A stretch of DNA of 64,000 nucleotides from Parasitella parasitica NRRL 2501 (GCA_025201805.1 MU619237.1:519195-583194); one strand, 5' to 3'; positions 1-13,712 are shown, counted from the first letter of the stretch. The notes: generated by a model from the sequence alone, not told the origin. A program made the numbers and translations.

Positions 1-350
1 TAGACAAATACTTGACTCAATGCCCAAATCCATTTTGTTTTCCCGGACAAAAGTGTTAATGCGATCGTTTGTGGCAGAGAGTGGTGCACGTTGTCGTAAA
101 GATTCAAACAAATTCACCAGAGAGAAAGAGAGGAATTAAAGTTTTAAAAGAGTCGCTGAATGACACTGATTTATGTAATCCAGGTCATTTTGAGGCACCC
201 GAAAAAACATAAGGCCCAGTAGAGCCAACTGTGTCAAAATAGTCTCTGCCCTTGTAAGTATCCACGCGAGAAGGACCATCCGTTTGATTGTCAATAGTGC
301 TAAACTTTACCAATGTAGGCTTGAGAAAAACATGTATTGCTATCTTTTGC
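1..350 (-). pseudogene. Degenerate ORF fragment, possibly the RuvC-I region of a Fanzor/TnpB-like protein; runs off the window
   Basis: Minus-strand 'GPYVFSGASK*PGLHKSVSF...NLFESL' loosely resembles a FSGxDPG RuvC-I context; contains a stop and frameshifts. Confidence 0.2.
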
Positions 351-515
351 TTCAAAGAAGACCCTTTGCCTTTTGATGACTGAGGTACAGCAGGAGAAAT
401 AGTAGCAGACGAGGAAGACAAACCAGTAGATGGAGAACGAGAACGAGAAACTCCAGGTTTAGCAGCATCAGAGTAGGAAGCGGATGAAAACATGATTGTT
501 AATAGTTGAAATAAC

Positions 516-610
516 TTTTGATAGATACGTCGCCCAGTGGAAACCAGCAAGTTACGCTCATATAGCAATGACCACGCTTGTTTTCATGAGGCATATAACG
601 GGTTTGACTT
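516..610 (+). repeat. Diverged copy of a dispersed repeat (related to 28620-28884 and 63680-63945)
   Basis: tttgatagatacgtcgcccagtggaaaccagcaagttacgctcatatagcaatg aligns to tttgatagagacattgcccagtggaaagcaagttatgctcatatagcgatg at 63672. Confidence 0.75.
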
Positions 611-1847
611 TGTTCTATCCAGATCAATGCTTATTTCAAAAGAACTGGTATACAACGATTCCAATTCTTATAAATGCCAAGATGTTTTCTCGATAAAATC
701 GCAGAACACTTTAGAATGAAAGAACACAAGCTTCAGCTTTTAAATTTTTATTGTCGCAAATTTTTAGAACCTCGGTCGGATAGTATTACTCTGACTTGCA
801 GGCTCAGGGCATTACTCGCTATATCTCAATAGCTCGACATCACCAATGTGAATGTAATTTAAGAAACTAGCATCATACTTTTTCTCCTCTCTGACTTTTG
901 CTTGCAAACGTTAATATACCCAGAGAAGCGGCACCGCATTTTTACTTTGCTTTCAAGCTTGCAAGTTGGGGGCTGGCGTCAGTGATGACAGTAACGATGG
1001 TGATGATGGCCCTGCTTCTGTTGCCGCTGCTAAACTTGGATTTTTTACACAACATCTCGATTTTGAGACGACTTGATGTCTGGTTACTATAATTACCCAA
1101 GAAGTTGATGCCATTTTGAGTGATACTTTTTGTCCCTGAGGCAGCAAGCTCAACAAACAAATATTCAACGCGAAAAACAATTTGCGTATGCTGCTAGAAA
1201 CGCCCTCTCAAAAATCCTTTTTCACATTATCACCTTAAAGGTTATAAGAGGACAATCATTCAGTGATGATGTCCTTGTTGTTGCTGTTATAACTGACGCA
1301 TCCAATTATAGTAGTGCCTCTTGTTAGATTTTTTCGAGATATTGTAATGGGCAAAATTTACCGGGCAACGCTAAATCTATTTTTTCACGGAATGGAACGT
1401 ATGAGGGACCTTGACCATATAATGAAGCTATATCTGTTGACTATTAAGCTATCAAAAAACGTGTAGTTTCTGTGCGGAAACGAAACGTTTGGTATGTGCA
1501 ACCAATTAAAAGAAAACGTAAAGAAAAGGATACTTCCGTGAATGCTGCATGGTTGTTTTTGGGTAAAGAACGTCGTGTTCATGGAGAATTGCGCACACTT
1601 TTACTACCATGACAATTATGAATGCAAGTGTGCCGCTCTAATTATTAGTAAGTGTAATTGAGCGTCTGCATGCTTATTAATATGTTATTGTGTTCATGTC
1701 AATCTCGATTATATGTTTATTTTACATAATAATGACAAAGCTGTTATGCAACTATCAGACCTCATACATATATAGATCACGGTGAACTTGTATATATAAT
1801 TGGGTAAGTATAGAGCATTATTCTTGTCTAAACCATATAGTGGGCGA

Positions 1848-2994
1848 TTAGAAGATGTAAGATTGATATGAACGATGGTTAATGTTTTCTCTATCAATGA
1901 GCGATTGCCTGAAAGATTCAATTGCCATTAAATCCTGTATACTCATATCCTCCAATCTGATGGTAGACAGATATCTGTCTAGTGATGTAGTATTGCTGTT
2001 TCTCGATGACTGAAACGGAAAGTGGAACGAGCTAGTATGCATGTTACTTTCATTACTCATAACCGAGGGCTTTAATCTCACATGATCTAAAGGTGTATTG
2101 TAAGCGGATTAACGAACGGTGTTGCATTTTAGAGATATATATACAAACCTATGAGCACAACGTTTGGGTGATCGACCTCGATGCTTTTGCGCTTAGATTC
2201 TTGATGTTTTGATATTCCAGACGTAGTTGATCTCATTTTATAACCCTGTGACATGATGTAAATAATACTAAACCCATCACAAATAGATTCTTTGTAAACA
2301 TTTTACCTTTTCGAGATTAATTGTTGCTGGAGAAGAGGATGGAGGGCAGTAATAAATAATACCAAAGTTTTCAGTCATGCAGTATGGACATACAATATCA
2401 GCGCCTGTAGCTGAGGTAGACGTATCAGCAGGCCTTTTCTTGATCTGCACAAAACATTCAGTACAGATAGGTTGGTCACAACAGCGAGCAAAATTAATAT
2501 TGGCAGGATAATACTATATATACACATTCGTTAAAATTTTTTGTTGTTGTGCTTGTGCGTTTTATCATTATGTATACCAAGAAACAGATTGGACATTCTA
2601 TAGAGTCATTGTATAGAATTGAATACAGCCTTTTTTCGTTTTTATATAGATACATTTTATAGTCGTAATCATTGCTTTTTATCGTTCTATGCAAGCTTCT
2701 CCGTTTTTTTGTTGGGATCGCATGAAGTTTCTCCGTGCTGGTAATGTAGTCTTGAGTCAACGGGTCAGATAGACCTACGAGTTCATACACATGTCAGCAT
2801 AATTTACGATTGAAATGCAATAGGCACTTACCCTTATAGAATGGCGATAGTTTTTTTGACAATATTAAATCTCGTACTACTTTCAAATCATACTCGTCAT
2901 TTTTCTTTTCATATAGACCAAGTGGTATCAATGACCCAAAATCAATCATTTGCAAGTTGTTTTTTTTTAAAAATTTAGATGAATTTGCTCCCAT
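1848..2994 (-). CDS. SIP5: SIP5-like RING-type zinc finger protein (spliced)
   Basis: MGANSSK start, 'DFGSLIPLGLY...LSPFYKG', 'ECPICFL|YYPANINFARCCDQPICTECFVQIK...CPYC'; GT-AG introns. Confidence 0.8.
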
Positions 2995-3594
2995 TGTGCA
3001 TAAGAAAAATTGTTATAGCCAAAAGGAAAGAAAATAGAAGAAAGAAACGGGAAAAAGATAAATAAATAAACATACATACAGAACTTATGCTTATCAAACC
3101 TTAAGGTATCATGTGCTCAGCAATTATGCTCACCATAAATCAAGAAAGTTTTGCACTGTTAAAGTTTTGCAATGCGCCTAGAACCGCCGTTTTGGGAGCT
3201 TAAAATTCATGATATGTTTGCCAGTTTTAATATGAAACAATGTGTGTGTGTCCACCTTGGGATTATCTGTAGTATTGTTTTATCGCATAATCAATTCGTT
3301 TCGATAGTAACCTTGCTTTCAATTGCACATTTTTTGACAATTTTCATCTTGGGCCTTTATTCATGTGCATCACTACTTTATGTTTTTGTTGTCTATGATG
3401 ACTACAATTAATAATGGCTTATTTTTCATGTTTAATAAACACTCAATTATGTAATTGAACCTGATCTATATAATACGACTTGCTCCTTTGTGGCTGAAAA
3501 CCCCTTAAAAACATATCCTCTCATGTTCAAAGAGACGGAAAATTCTCGCATGATGGGTATTTGGTGCTGTTGACCTCTTCTTGATAAAACAGGG

Positions 3595-3853
3595 TTAGAA
3601 TAAAGGTTGGAGCCCTTGCCTGATGTATTTTGTTAAAATACTTCTAATGTTTGCAACAGCATTAATATTTCTATTCTGGTACTACTTTGAATAGATAGAA
3701 CACACTACACCAGTAGAACGAGTATGGCTTCTGAGTTTCTCTTCGATTTTGTGCCTCAAAATCGAGTGCAATTCTCTCATAGAGTATACTTACTAGAGAT
3801 ATTGTAATATTGAGTGATCAGTTGCTGCATAACAATGATTTGTGAGAAAATTC
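3595..3853 (-). pseudogene. Degenerate C-terminal half of a Fanzor/TnpB-like RuvC nuclease
   Basis: Ordered motifs: EF..SLLCSN* (RuvC-II E..TS..CxxC-like), RELHSILRH, VCSIYSK*, YQNRNINAVANIRSILTKY (RuvC-III NRDxNAxxNI-like); stops and frameshifts present. Confidence 0.5.
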
Positions 3854-4764
3854 GAGTGACAGATCAATTCAATAGATTGTTTTTACAGCATTGCTATTTT
3901 TATTTGCTGTTATTGCGTACATCTGCTGAACAGTGTAATCGTTGTATTGGACCTTGTGTCCTAGGAAATTCAGTTGCTTATTGTTTGGACTTGACAGATT
4001 TTTTATGCGGCTGTGGTATCTTCCGAGTCTGTATTTATATTCTGCAATGACGTTGCTTTATCATTGTACTTTGTGTGGTTTGTAAGGGAATCTCAATAAA
4101 AGGGGAATTTTCTACTTGTGATTGGATTCTTGATGTTATGTTTCGAGAACGAGAAGAGGGCTCTTGTGGAAGCTGTGCATCAGAAGAAGCAGAGTATTTC
4201 TATCTTGATGACAGTAGGTAACACAGTCAAAACTCTGTGTAATTTATGAATTAACATTTCCTGGCATGTATAAATATATAAGATATCTATAGATAAATTT
4301 TATTATACGGTTTATTTTCCAGAGTCAGAGAAATGGGTTGGTTTATACATCTATTGGAGTACAACGAAACTTATGGGGGGGGGGCTATGATTACTCTGCT
4401 TGTAATCTAGCTTTTACGATTTACTGAATTATGCTCTTTCTCCCAATTACAGATATTTGAATATCTATTGTTCAACAGGTAATTACAGCAAAAGTATTGC
4501 CTTTTAAAAAACACTCATCAACAAAGCTAACAGTTAAAAACAGCTACCAATCTCAAAACATACTTTCTAATGTTTGACCTCAAACAGTAACTGTCCAACG
4601 AAGATGGTTGTTCGCATTGGAACGTCACGAATCCAAGTTTTGATATTTATAATACCACCTAAGGGTTAACTCTGTAAATCTCGTTCCTTAAAACACAATC
4701 TTATATCCAACCGCCTTTATACATTCCTTTTTTCTTATCGCCTCGTTTTCTGGAAACTCTAATT

Positions 4765-7677
4765 ATGGAAGAAGAATGGGATATCATTGACTCTCTCAAC
4801 TTGTCTGAAATGGAGAAGCCTCGCGGAAGTCGGCCAACATTAGATTTCAATCGTTTTGATTCCATGCCCGATTTTAACATTGAGGATGAAGAGGAAAAAG
4901 AAGCAGGGATAGTAGCAGAAGCAGCAACAGAAGAAGAATCAGAAGTAGAAGAAGAATCAGAAGTAGAAGAAGAATCAGAAGTAGAAGAAGAATCAGAAGT
5001 AGAAGAAGAAGCAGTCGAAGAAACAGGAGGAAAAGAAGTAATAGAAGAATCACCAGAAGAAGCTTTGTTTTCGCCAGAGCAAAAATTCGCAGATCAACTG
5101 TGCGAAAGTCCAACACATGAACAAGTAATTGACCTGGATGTAAAGAGTCAGGACTTTGAATTTACACTTGGTGATAGTAAGCTGATGATGAGCACCACTC
5201 CAGACGGTGACGAAAGCAACAATGAAAAGAACAAGCTGGTTCATTACAATCAAAACGATGAATCAATCAACACAACCGTTCCATTTCTTTCTTCTTTAAA
5301 TAAAACAAATCTTTTAATAAAATCGCCTTGGACAAGAGAGTCTCAAGTCGATAAAAACACAATCTGGAAAAACTCAACCTCTGGTTCATCCGTGCCTTAC
5401 ATGTCAAATCAACCCCATCAAGACTTAGAAGAGAACGAGCAGCAAGAAGAAGCCAATCACAAAATCAAGCAAGGTAATGTCAAAACAGCATGACAGTATG
5501 CGCCACTATTGTACTAACCATCTGTTTGTGTTCGTAGCCTTGTTTCCTTTTGCATCCTCTTCCGGCCAATTCAAATTTATCCCTCCTGCAACTGATTCAT
5601 CAAGCAGATTCGCTACTAAGGAGCTAACAGATAAATTCAAGAACCTGCAGTCGGAATTAAGCGCTGACGACAATTTTGGTAAACCTTCATCGTCAAGACC
5701 TATCAAACAAATCAAAAAATCAGTCCAGCACAACGCCAAACCCATGTTGACGACCCATCAGCTGCCTTCATTTGCAACCTCACCAAAAGAGAGGCCAGCA
5801 TTGACAACAGAAAGAATTGTTATCGCTGATTTATCACCACAAACGCAGCAAGAAAATGAGCCCACCGCCGAACAAAGCGCACAGGCCCTTATTGATAAAG
5901 TGACAGGCTGCATGTCATTTGCAGATGACGGACACGACCATTTGGCAACATTTCTGTTTGAATTGCAGGCAGTGACATCCGCCCAGCAATGGAGCCAATT
6001 GACAAAGCTGAATCTAAGCAGACAAAGTTTGACCAGTTTGGAGGACTTGTCGAGTTGCTTTCCTAATCTTGAAACGCTCAAAGTGTAAACAAAAAAGTAT
6101 AATTACATTGCATATTTAATTGGATTTCTTATTATTTTTACATTTCAGGTCGCATAATGAATTAAGGACTTTATCTGGACTACCAGCCTCACTAATTTAT
6201 TTATACGCCTCCCACAACAAGTAAATTACCCTACTAATGGCCAACAATAGCACAGCGACTAATTAATACATTTAGATTGCTTGAGGTGGATATTTATCAT
6301 TTGGATAAATTGCAGCATTTGGACGTGTCTCACAATCGCATCAATCAATTCGAAAGCATGATAGAATTGAAATCACTTCGCTCACTGAATGCAAATCACA
6401 ACTCCATCACCTCTTGCAAAGCATTCCAGGACTTGAAGAGCCTGGTAACACTGTCTTTAAAAGCAAATTGCATCCGTCGTCTGGTGAATTTTGAAAGTGC
6501 TCATAGAGATAATCAGCTGGAATTCTTGGATGTCGCGTACAACAGAATCGAATGTTTGGATTCAATTGAATCCTTGGTTCATCTGAGAGAACTGAACGCA
6601 GGTAACGAAAAAAAAAAAAGTCGCTATTGCCGCAATGATAACATCAGCATGGAATTAACTCGTAGATAGACCATAATGAATTGAAATACATACAACTGAA
6701 TCAACCCTTGGAGAGATTGTGTAAATTACAATTAAGCTTCAATAGGTTAAAATCGTTCGACGCATCTCCCTTCCCAGACATCCGAATCTTGTATCTTGAC
6801 GACAATCAAATCCAGCGAATTATTGGTGTTCAGTGCTTAGCAAGATTAGACTCATTCTCATTACGAGATCAAGGTGGCCACACAATGTAAGTTTTTGTGT
6901 GTTGTGCGTGTTTAAGAGTACACATTGTCTAATTCATTATAAAGAGACTTCAGGCTGCAGAGTTTGCGTGGTTCAAGGAAACTTTATCTCTCTGGAAGTT
7001 CCTTTTACAACCTGGATCGTATGATTGATTTTTATTCGATGGAGTATCTGGAGCTTTGCTCGGCAGAGCTGGAAGTGTTGCCGTCTGATTTCGGAAAGCA
7101 TATGCCAAATCTGTCCACACTCTATCTCAGTATGAATAGACTCACTGATATACGACCACTGCGCAAATTAAAGTACCTGAAACGGTTGGTCTTGATTGAT
7201 AACAGATTAATAAGTATCAACGAGGTTATAGGCGTCGTACAAAACCTCAAACATCTCTATTATTTAGATTTACGGTAAGCTGACTATAATGTTAAAGCAT
7301 TCAACTTGACCTCTAAACAAATCATCTAAAAACCATTTAGACAAAACCCCATTAGCTCCAACATATACCCCTCTATTAATTCTGCCTTGCTTCAGCGAAC
7401 CAAAGAGCATGACAACATATCGCCTTACGTTTCAACCGCTCTTGACGAATCCTGGGCTATTCACGATGCGGAATTCCTTGAAACTATATCAGAACATTGG
7501 ATGACGAGACGCCAAGTTTATCGCGCTTTATTCATGCAGAGCTGCCCGAAATTAATAGAGCTGGATCATATAGAGATTGATCTTAATGATCGCTCAGAAG
7601 GTGATATTGTCATTGGGAACTTTAAACGGTCTCAAGCTTCTAATAGTGGCAGCCATCATGGCTCACAGCATAGTTAA
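4765..7677 (+). CDS. Leucine-rich-repeat spindle pole body / septation scaffold protein, NUD1/Cdc11/SepK-like (about 7 exons)
   Basis: Acidic low-complexity N-terminus followed by many LxxLxLSxNxI repeats; 'YLDLR|QNP' and 'RRQVYRALF..CPKLIELD' LRR cap. Confidence 0.7.
4930..5010 (+). repeat. 18-bp coding tandem repeat (gaagaagaatcagaagta x4, encoding EEESEV)
   Basis: Directly visible in the sequence. Confidence 0.95.
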
Positions 7678-8162
7678 ATTTGTCATAGTTGTACATACAT
7701 ACCATATCATAGCAAAATCAAAGCTATACTATCCTTTTTTTTTTCTCATCCCCCCCCCTTCCTATTTTATAGTATAAGTAGTAATAATAGTATTTTAATT
7801 GATAATAAAATATAAAGATGCGTTAGCAAAATGTGCATGACTCTACTGAATGTGTGTATACATAGCACTATTGCTTCCTTGGATCAGCAATTGTATTCTA
7901 AGCATCACGCAAAGAAAGAGACTTAAAAGGAGGATCAGGGTGTCCCATAAATGTAAAGAAAAAACCAATCAAGTTGATGTACATGGTCAATTTCCATCTA
8001 CGATGTTCAGCCAATGTAATTAATGTGATTGTAGATAAGCAAAGGTGGGTCTTTTTTCACCAAATTTTGGGACGTACAATGGTAAAACGAAAAGGGGTAA
8101 TTTATTATGATTTGATATAGATTTCCAATTAAGATGTAATAACATAGTTTATATATATTCAT

Positions 8163-10172
8163 TTATAAATCATCAAGATTTATAGTTCCCTCTCTGAGCT
8201 CTTTTTCAAGCTCTCTGAAAAGCTCTTCATCCTCATCCTCATAATCTTTGATTATTCTGACTGGCTTATTGGTAGATTTGGTAGGCTTCAAAGCGGGCAA
8301 AGTATCCATAGGTGGTAAAACACGCATTGGACCTGCCATTTCTTCGTTCATTTCTGCTTTTTGGATTGCTGCTCTTTCTTCAGGCGTGAATAGGCGTTCT
8401 TCTGCAGGATGCAAAAGTTCCTCCAAGAGGCCGTCATCAATAGCAGTTACAACATCCTCAAGTTGCTATGATTATGCACACAAGACATGATTAGCTCATG
8501 TTTACCTGTTAATACATGAAATCAGCGTGCTACTTACACCTCTGTATTCTCCGCCAACAAACAACTGAGGGAAATCCTTGATTCTACCTTGAGATCTACC
8601 ATTATTGTTACATTTTTTGGCGTATCGTCTAGCAGCTTCACTTGAAGCAACATCAACCAAACTGAATTTGATGTTGTTTGTCTTTAACAATTGTTGTATT
8701 TGTTCTTGATTTCTTTTAATCTAAAAAAAAAAAGAAGATAACTTGATGTTAATTGCATTGATCTATCATGAAATTTGCCTACAAAACCTACCACAGCATT
8801 GCCACTGACTGAAGAGTAGTAAATTTGAACCTTTTTGGGATCCAGAGGCGTGATGACAGGCTCAGGCTTTTGATAAGCAGGCATATTACCCAGCACTCTC
8901 AATAGAGTCTTGCTCTTGCTTTCTACAAGGGAGAAAGTAGGGCGCAATTTGCTCACATTAACTGAATCGGGTTTGGGCCAAGAGACGGCATCAGTGGGCA
9001 AATATCGGGTCCTCCAGCTGTCTCTGGTAATGTCTTGATTTCTCTTCAGCTTGCTAAGTTGAGCTTTTTGATCATTCTGCAAATGATTCAGTTCTGACTC
9101 ATGAGATTGCTCCAAATCTTGAATTTGTACGGCGTGAGTGTGCTCTGCTTGTTCAAATTCGTACAATATGCGCTCCAACTGTTCGTCAATGTCGACGGCA
9201 GCAGCAGGATTTTTTTCTGCTTCAATTCTGGCTTCTTCAACCTGCTTTTCTAAATTCATCTTGTCTTGTTTGTGTTTTTGCTTCAACGCAAGGATCTTTT
9301 CAGTTTGCAACGTTTTCAGTTTGCGCACCTCATCCTCATGATTTCCTGCCAAGGCATCCTGAGCTTCCTTTTGTTCCTTTAACAAAATATCCTTTTCGGC
9401 TAATGCCTCCTCATGGAGTCGAAGGCTTTCTTCATGCGCCTTTTTCTGAGCCTACATGGTTTGATTCAAATTCAGTTTGATTAATTTTTGTGATTTTGTA
9501 ATACACACACACACACCTCAAGCTGTTGGTTCAATTGCTCAATCTTTTGCAAAGCTTCCTTTTTATCCACCTCCTTGTGCTCTTCTTCTGGTTTGCTGCT
9601 AATCATGGCTCGTAGTTCTTCAAGCTCTTTTTCCTTGGCAGCCAGTTGGTTTACTGCTTTGAGGTTCTACGTATGTGAAACAGTTAATAACGGGTACAAT
9701 GAAAATTTGCACTGCAATTACCTCGGTTTTCAGGGCCTCCAACTGCATGGCAGCTTCCTCAATCATCGGCTTCTTCTCCTCCATCATGCGCTTCTGCTCT
9801 TCCAGTTTAGCCTCTTTTTCCTCTAATAGCTTTTCTTTTTGGGCTAGAATTTCGGCTTTATTTTCCTGTTCTTCCGACTGAATGAAGATAGCCGGTGGAG
9901 GAGGCGAAACGGGAATGTTTAATTGCTGTTCCTCTAGTCTGATGCGCAGTTCTTCTATTTCCTTCTCACGCAGTAGCAGTTGCTCCTCCTTTGTTTTTAG
10001 CAGGTTTACCTCCTCTTCATTCTTCTCATTGATCTGCTCTTCTGGTGCCGCTGCAGGGACCTGAGACGATTGATTTAGCTGTTGTTTCAAACGTTCCAGC
10101 TCCGCTTTTTGATTTGCAATCAATTTCATGTTTTCCTCATTCTAAAATGTGGCAGAAATAATTGAGCAATCG

Positions 10173-10227
<55 letters not shown>

Positions 10228-10709
10228 GCTTATCACTAGCCATCGATGCATACCTTTGCTTTCAGGCCCTTGACCTCCTCCTTCATTTCTGATATTGGGA
10301 ATCTCTTTGTGCTAGAAGCATGGCTGGGCGTCCTTGATGTAAGTCTTGTATTGTTACTGGACGCTGCTGAGGCAGCACTTTTGACAGATATCATACTGCT
10401 AGGTCTTGAAGACGAAGGAGGTTTAGGAGACGTTGCACGCTGGACTGCACTGGGGGGTTTTCCATTTGATACGAGGGTATTGCGAGATGATGGTCTTGGT
10501 AGTGTTGATTTCTTGTTGTTGTTGTTGTTGGCTTCCAAGGACGGGCGAGGCGATTTCCGGGTGGTGGAGGCAACAGATGGGGCCAGACTTGTATTTGTCT
10601 TGGATGTCTTCAACTTGCCGGTACCTTTTGTAAGCCCTCTTGGTGTGGGATCATCCGGATTTAGAAGGTTGTTCTTCTTTTCCTTCTTCCTGGGCCCTAT
10701 ACAAACCAT
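8163..10709 (-). CDS. Coiled-coil protein with a C-terminal SH3BGR/glutaredoxin-like domain (start uncertain)
   Basis: Ser/Pro-rich N-terminus, long E/K/Q coiled coil, then 'VQIYYSSVSGN...FSLVDVASSEAARRY...FPQLFVGGEYRG'. Confidence 0.7.
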
Positions 10710-11187
10710 ATTTTTATACGAATCACAAAATAAGCAGAGCAAAGAAAGAAACGATAAAATAACTGAATTACACCAATTTTATTGTTTTTACTTGTTTTAG
10801 TATTGACCACGCCTCTGATGTAGGTTGGGGGGAGGAGGCCCAATCACAGTGCACATCAAACCTGTATTGATTTTGGTATTAGAAAACGTGCTTAAATGAC
10901 ATATACATACATATCAAATTTTTGTACATTATCAAATCCATTGCATGTATATATTTCATGCAAAGAAGCCTCCGTTCCAATCTCTTTCTTATCTTCAAAT
11001 ACACACAATAATTGAAAAAGCTGAATCTGTGAGTATAGTGACCTAGCCTTATTTTCATATGCAGTTGCCTCTGTGTTCCTGAGTAGATACTTCTACAATA
11101 ATACTACATGGGAAATTATAACCCCAGGGGTTTTTGATAGTGTCATGAGAATATAAAAAAGTCATTATACAATGAGTATGGTTTATT

Positions 11188-13347
11188 TTAGACAAAAGGC
11201 TCCAAGTTAATTTCAATAGCAGTAGTAGGATTAGATAAGTCAAAATTTTCAAGGACAAGAGGATGAAGAACGCCGAAGGAGCCGATTCTGCAAGCCTTGC
11301 GAGACTTGGTTTCAGGGCAGATGTATCTCAAAAAGATATGGGCAGAGCGGCCGGGGAAGAAGGTGGAATCAATGGCCTCTTCGATCCAATAGCCTAGCTC
11401 AGAAGTGTCGTTCTTGTGGATTCTAGAGGTACTGAGCATAGTCATAATACGATCCAAAAGACCGTGAATGATCTAATATTAAAACAAACATTTAGTCTCT
11501 AATCTATATCAACTATAGTTGTAATTACCTCGAAACCAGATGTCTTGGATGTATAAGTAGCACAAAGATGTCTTTCATTTCTGGCTCTACGTTCACGGGT
11601 TTCATCCTTATAACCAACATCAGAAACTTCAAATGTCTTGATGGGCAAAGGCAATTTTTTGTTCGAGTTCAAAGTCTTCAAAATACCGGGCAAAAGAGAG
11701 GTGCGAACAACTTGATATTCAACTGTCTTGGGGTTGGCAAGCTGGATGGCAGTTTTGCTGTCATCAGCACGGTTAAGATATTTGAAGTTTTCGTCGTGAG
11801 AACACTATTGACGAGTATCAGTAAGCTTGCAAAAATCACAGCGCGATATGACTTACCAAAATCAAAGGAGCAACTTCAGTGAAGCCAGCCATGGCTACCT
11901 CCTTGCGAACATGATCACTCAATTTGTTTAAAGGTAAAGCTGATCCAAAGGTATTAACATTGGGCATCTTCTTGGGCAAATTATCGTAGCCATATGAAAT
12001 AGCAACGTCTTCCATAATATCACAAGCATGCAAGATATCCCAGCGAGTTGGGGGGACATTGACAAGAACCTCATTGCTGTCCTCGCAGCTCAGGCTAGCA
12101 TCCAAAGACATTCTATTCAAAAGACGACATATCTCTTCACCGGGAAGCTCAAGGCCAGTGCAAGAATTGATATAATCAATCTTAGCACTTGCCTTGCGAG
12201 GGGCCAAATCAGGGAAGAATTTAACAGTGTCGTCGGGATAGACAATTTCGACAGGTTCAATGCTGTTTAGAAAATGCGTTAGTTTTACATGCAATTCTCT
12301 TAAGAAAGGCTATCAATCCATACGTAAAAGGCTCAGCGCAGTATTCAGAAAACATGGTGACCAAAGTGTTCAAAGCAGTGCTAGCTTTGTGTTCGTCGGT
12401 AGCAGTGATTTCGATCAAAACGTTCTTGGTATTCATAGTAATCTTGGAATGCTCAGAATTGATGATAGGAGGAAGAGAGCAAACAGTGCGCTTGGAATCA
12501 AGAACAACAGGATAGACGGGAGAATCACGAATGATGTGAAGGAACTTGCCGAGATGCTTGTCTTCCTACAAACCATCCATAAAACGGTGTCAACAATGCC
12601 ATTTTCCAAAAAAAAAATCTCCATAAAAAACTTACAGCGTAAAGGTCCATCAATTCATCGCCATCAACCTCAACATCCTTATTCAAAGGAACAAATTTGA
12701 TATCATTGTGAGGTAAAGCTTCGTATGTGAAGGGGCCCTGAATGGTGTCTAAATCATGAGTACCCATAGAAGCAAGAGTTCTCTTGCTACATTGTGCATT
12801 GCAATATTGTTAGGACTGTCTTTCAAGCTCCCAAGAGATGAGTCATGATGTATTGAACGCTTACCGACAAATGTTATTGTGAAGTTTATCTTGAAGATCG
12901 ATGAAAGAAGCATAGTTTTCAGCGGTAAAAGTGATATTACGCAAAACAGCACCAACAATGAAGGGACGGATTTTTTGGGTCTGGATACAGATACACACCA
13001 GGTTAAAACTACAAATCTTTGCACCAAACATATCTAATACTTACAGACTCCAAAACACGGATTTGCTGGAGCTTACCATCAGCAGGTTTGACAACCTTAT
13101 ATACAGGAGGCTTCGCCTTGTCTTCAAAAACGCGAAGAGCACGAGCAAGACCTTCTTGACATAACAAATCATATCTTGCACAAAATCAGATTAATAGAAC
13201 GAATGCCGCCAATTGATGCGAATAAAAAGTTACCTGTTGGCAGGAATATCAATCTTCAGAAGAGCCCTTTCAGACAATTGCTCGGCATCCTTGCTGCCTT
13301 CCTTTTCAGCAATCTCTCTTTCAGAAGTCTATGCATTNNNNNNNNNN

Positions 13348-13388
<41 letters not shown>

Positions 13389-13712
13389 AAAGTGTTAGAC
13401 ATGTTACTTTTAATTGCTTGCATATATCAACACAAATCAACATTGAATTCCCAGTATTTCAAAAGTGCAGAGATATGTTGTTCAATATTAAATTATGTCG
13501 ATTTATTGCGGCTGTTGTCAAGGTTGTTGCGTACATCTTCTTCAAGTTCAATACCGAAACGGAAACAAAGTTCGAAAAACTCTTGAGATGCTATGTACAA
13601 ATGAAATGTGTTGATGTTCAAAATGTATCGTATCCTGACTTATACGTCTCTTACTGTAATCTCTCTCAAGGGCCTCGAAAAGAGCCAACTTGTCGATGTT
13701 AACGGTAGGCAT
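11188..13712 (-). CDS. FRS1: Phenylalanyl-tRNA synthetase beta subunit (multi-exon)
   Basis: MPTVNIDK start, 'KIDIPANR|YDL', '[14 protein letters not shown]', '[18 protein letters not shown]', '[17 protein letters not shown]', C-terminal 'IEINLEPFV'. Confidence 0.95.
13338..13347. other. Assembly gap (10 N) next to a poly-A tract inside an intron
   Basis: Run of n characters. Confidence 0.99.

Noticed and set aside
900-1330. GC-richer coding-like stretch
   Set aside because: No coherent frame or recognisable motif; probably a decayed fragment
4874-5116. Poly-Leu antisense ORF and many similar short shadow ORFs
   Set aside because: Reverse-strand or alternative-frame artefacts of real coding exons
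9387-9396. ATATCCTTTT U12-like donor
   Set aside because: Lies on the antisense strand of a coding exon, with no matching branch site
10175-10223. 49-nt poly-A run (also 13348-13386) as a retroposon tail
   Set aside because: Intronic homopolymers with no TSD or element body; lengths are unreliable in the assembly
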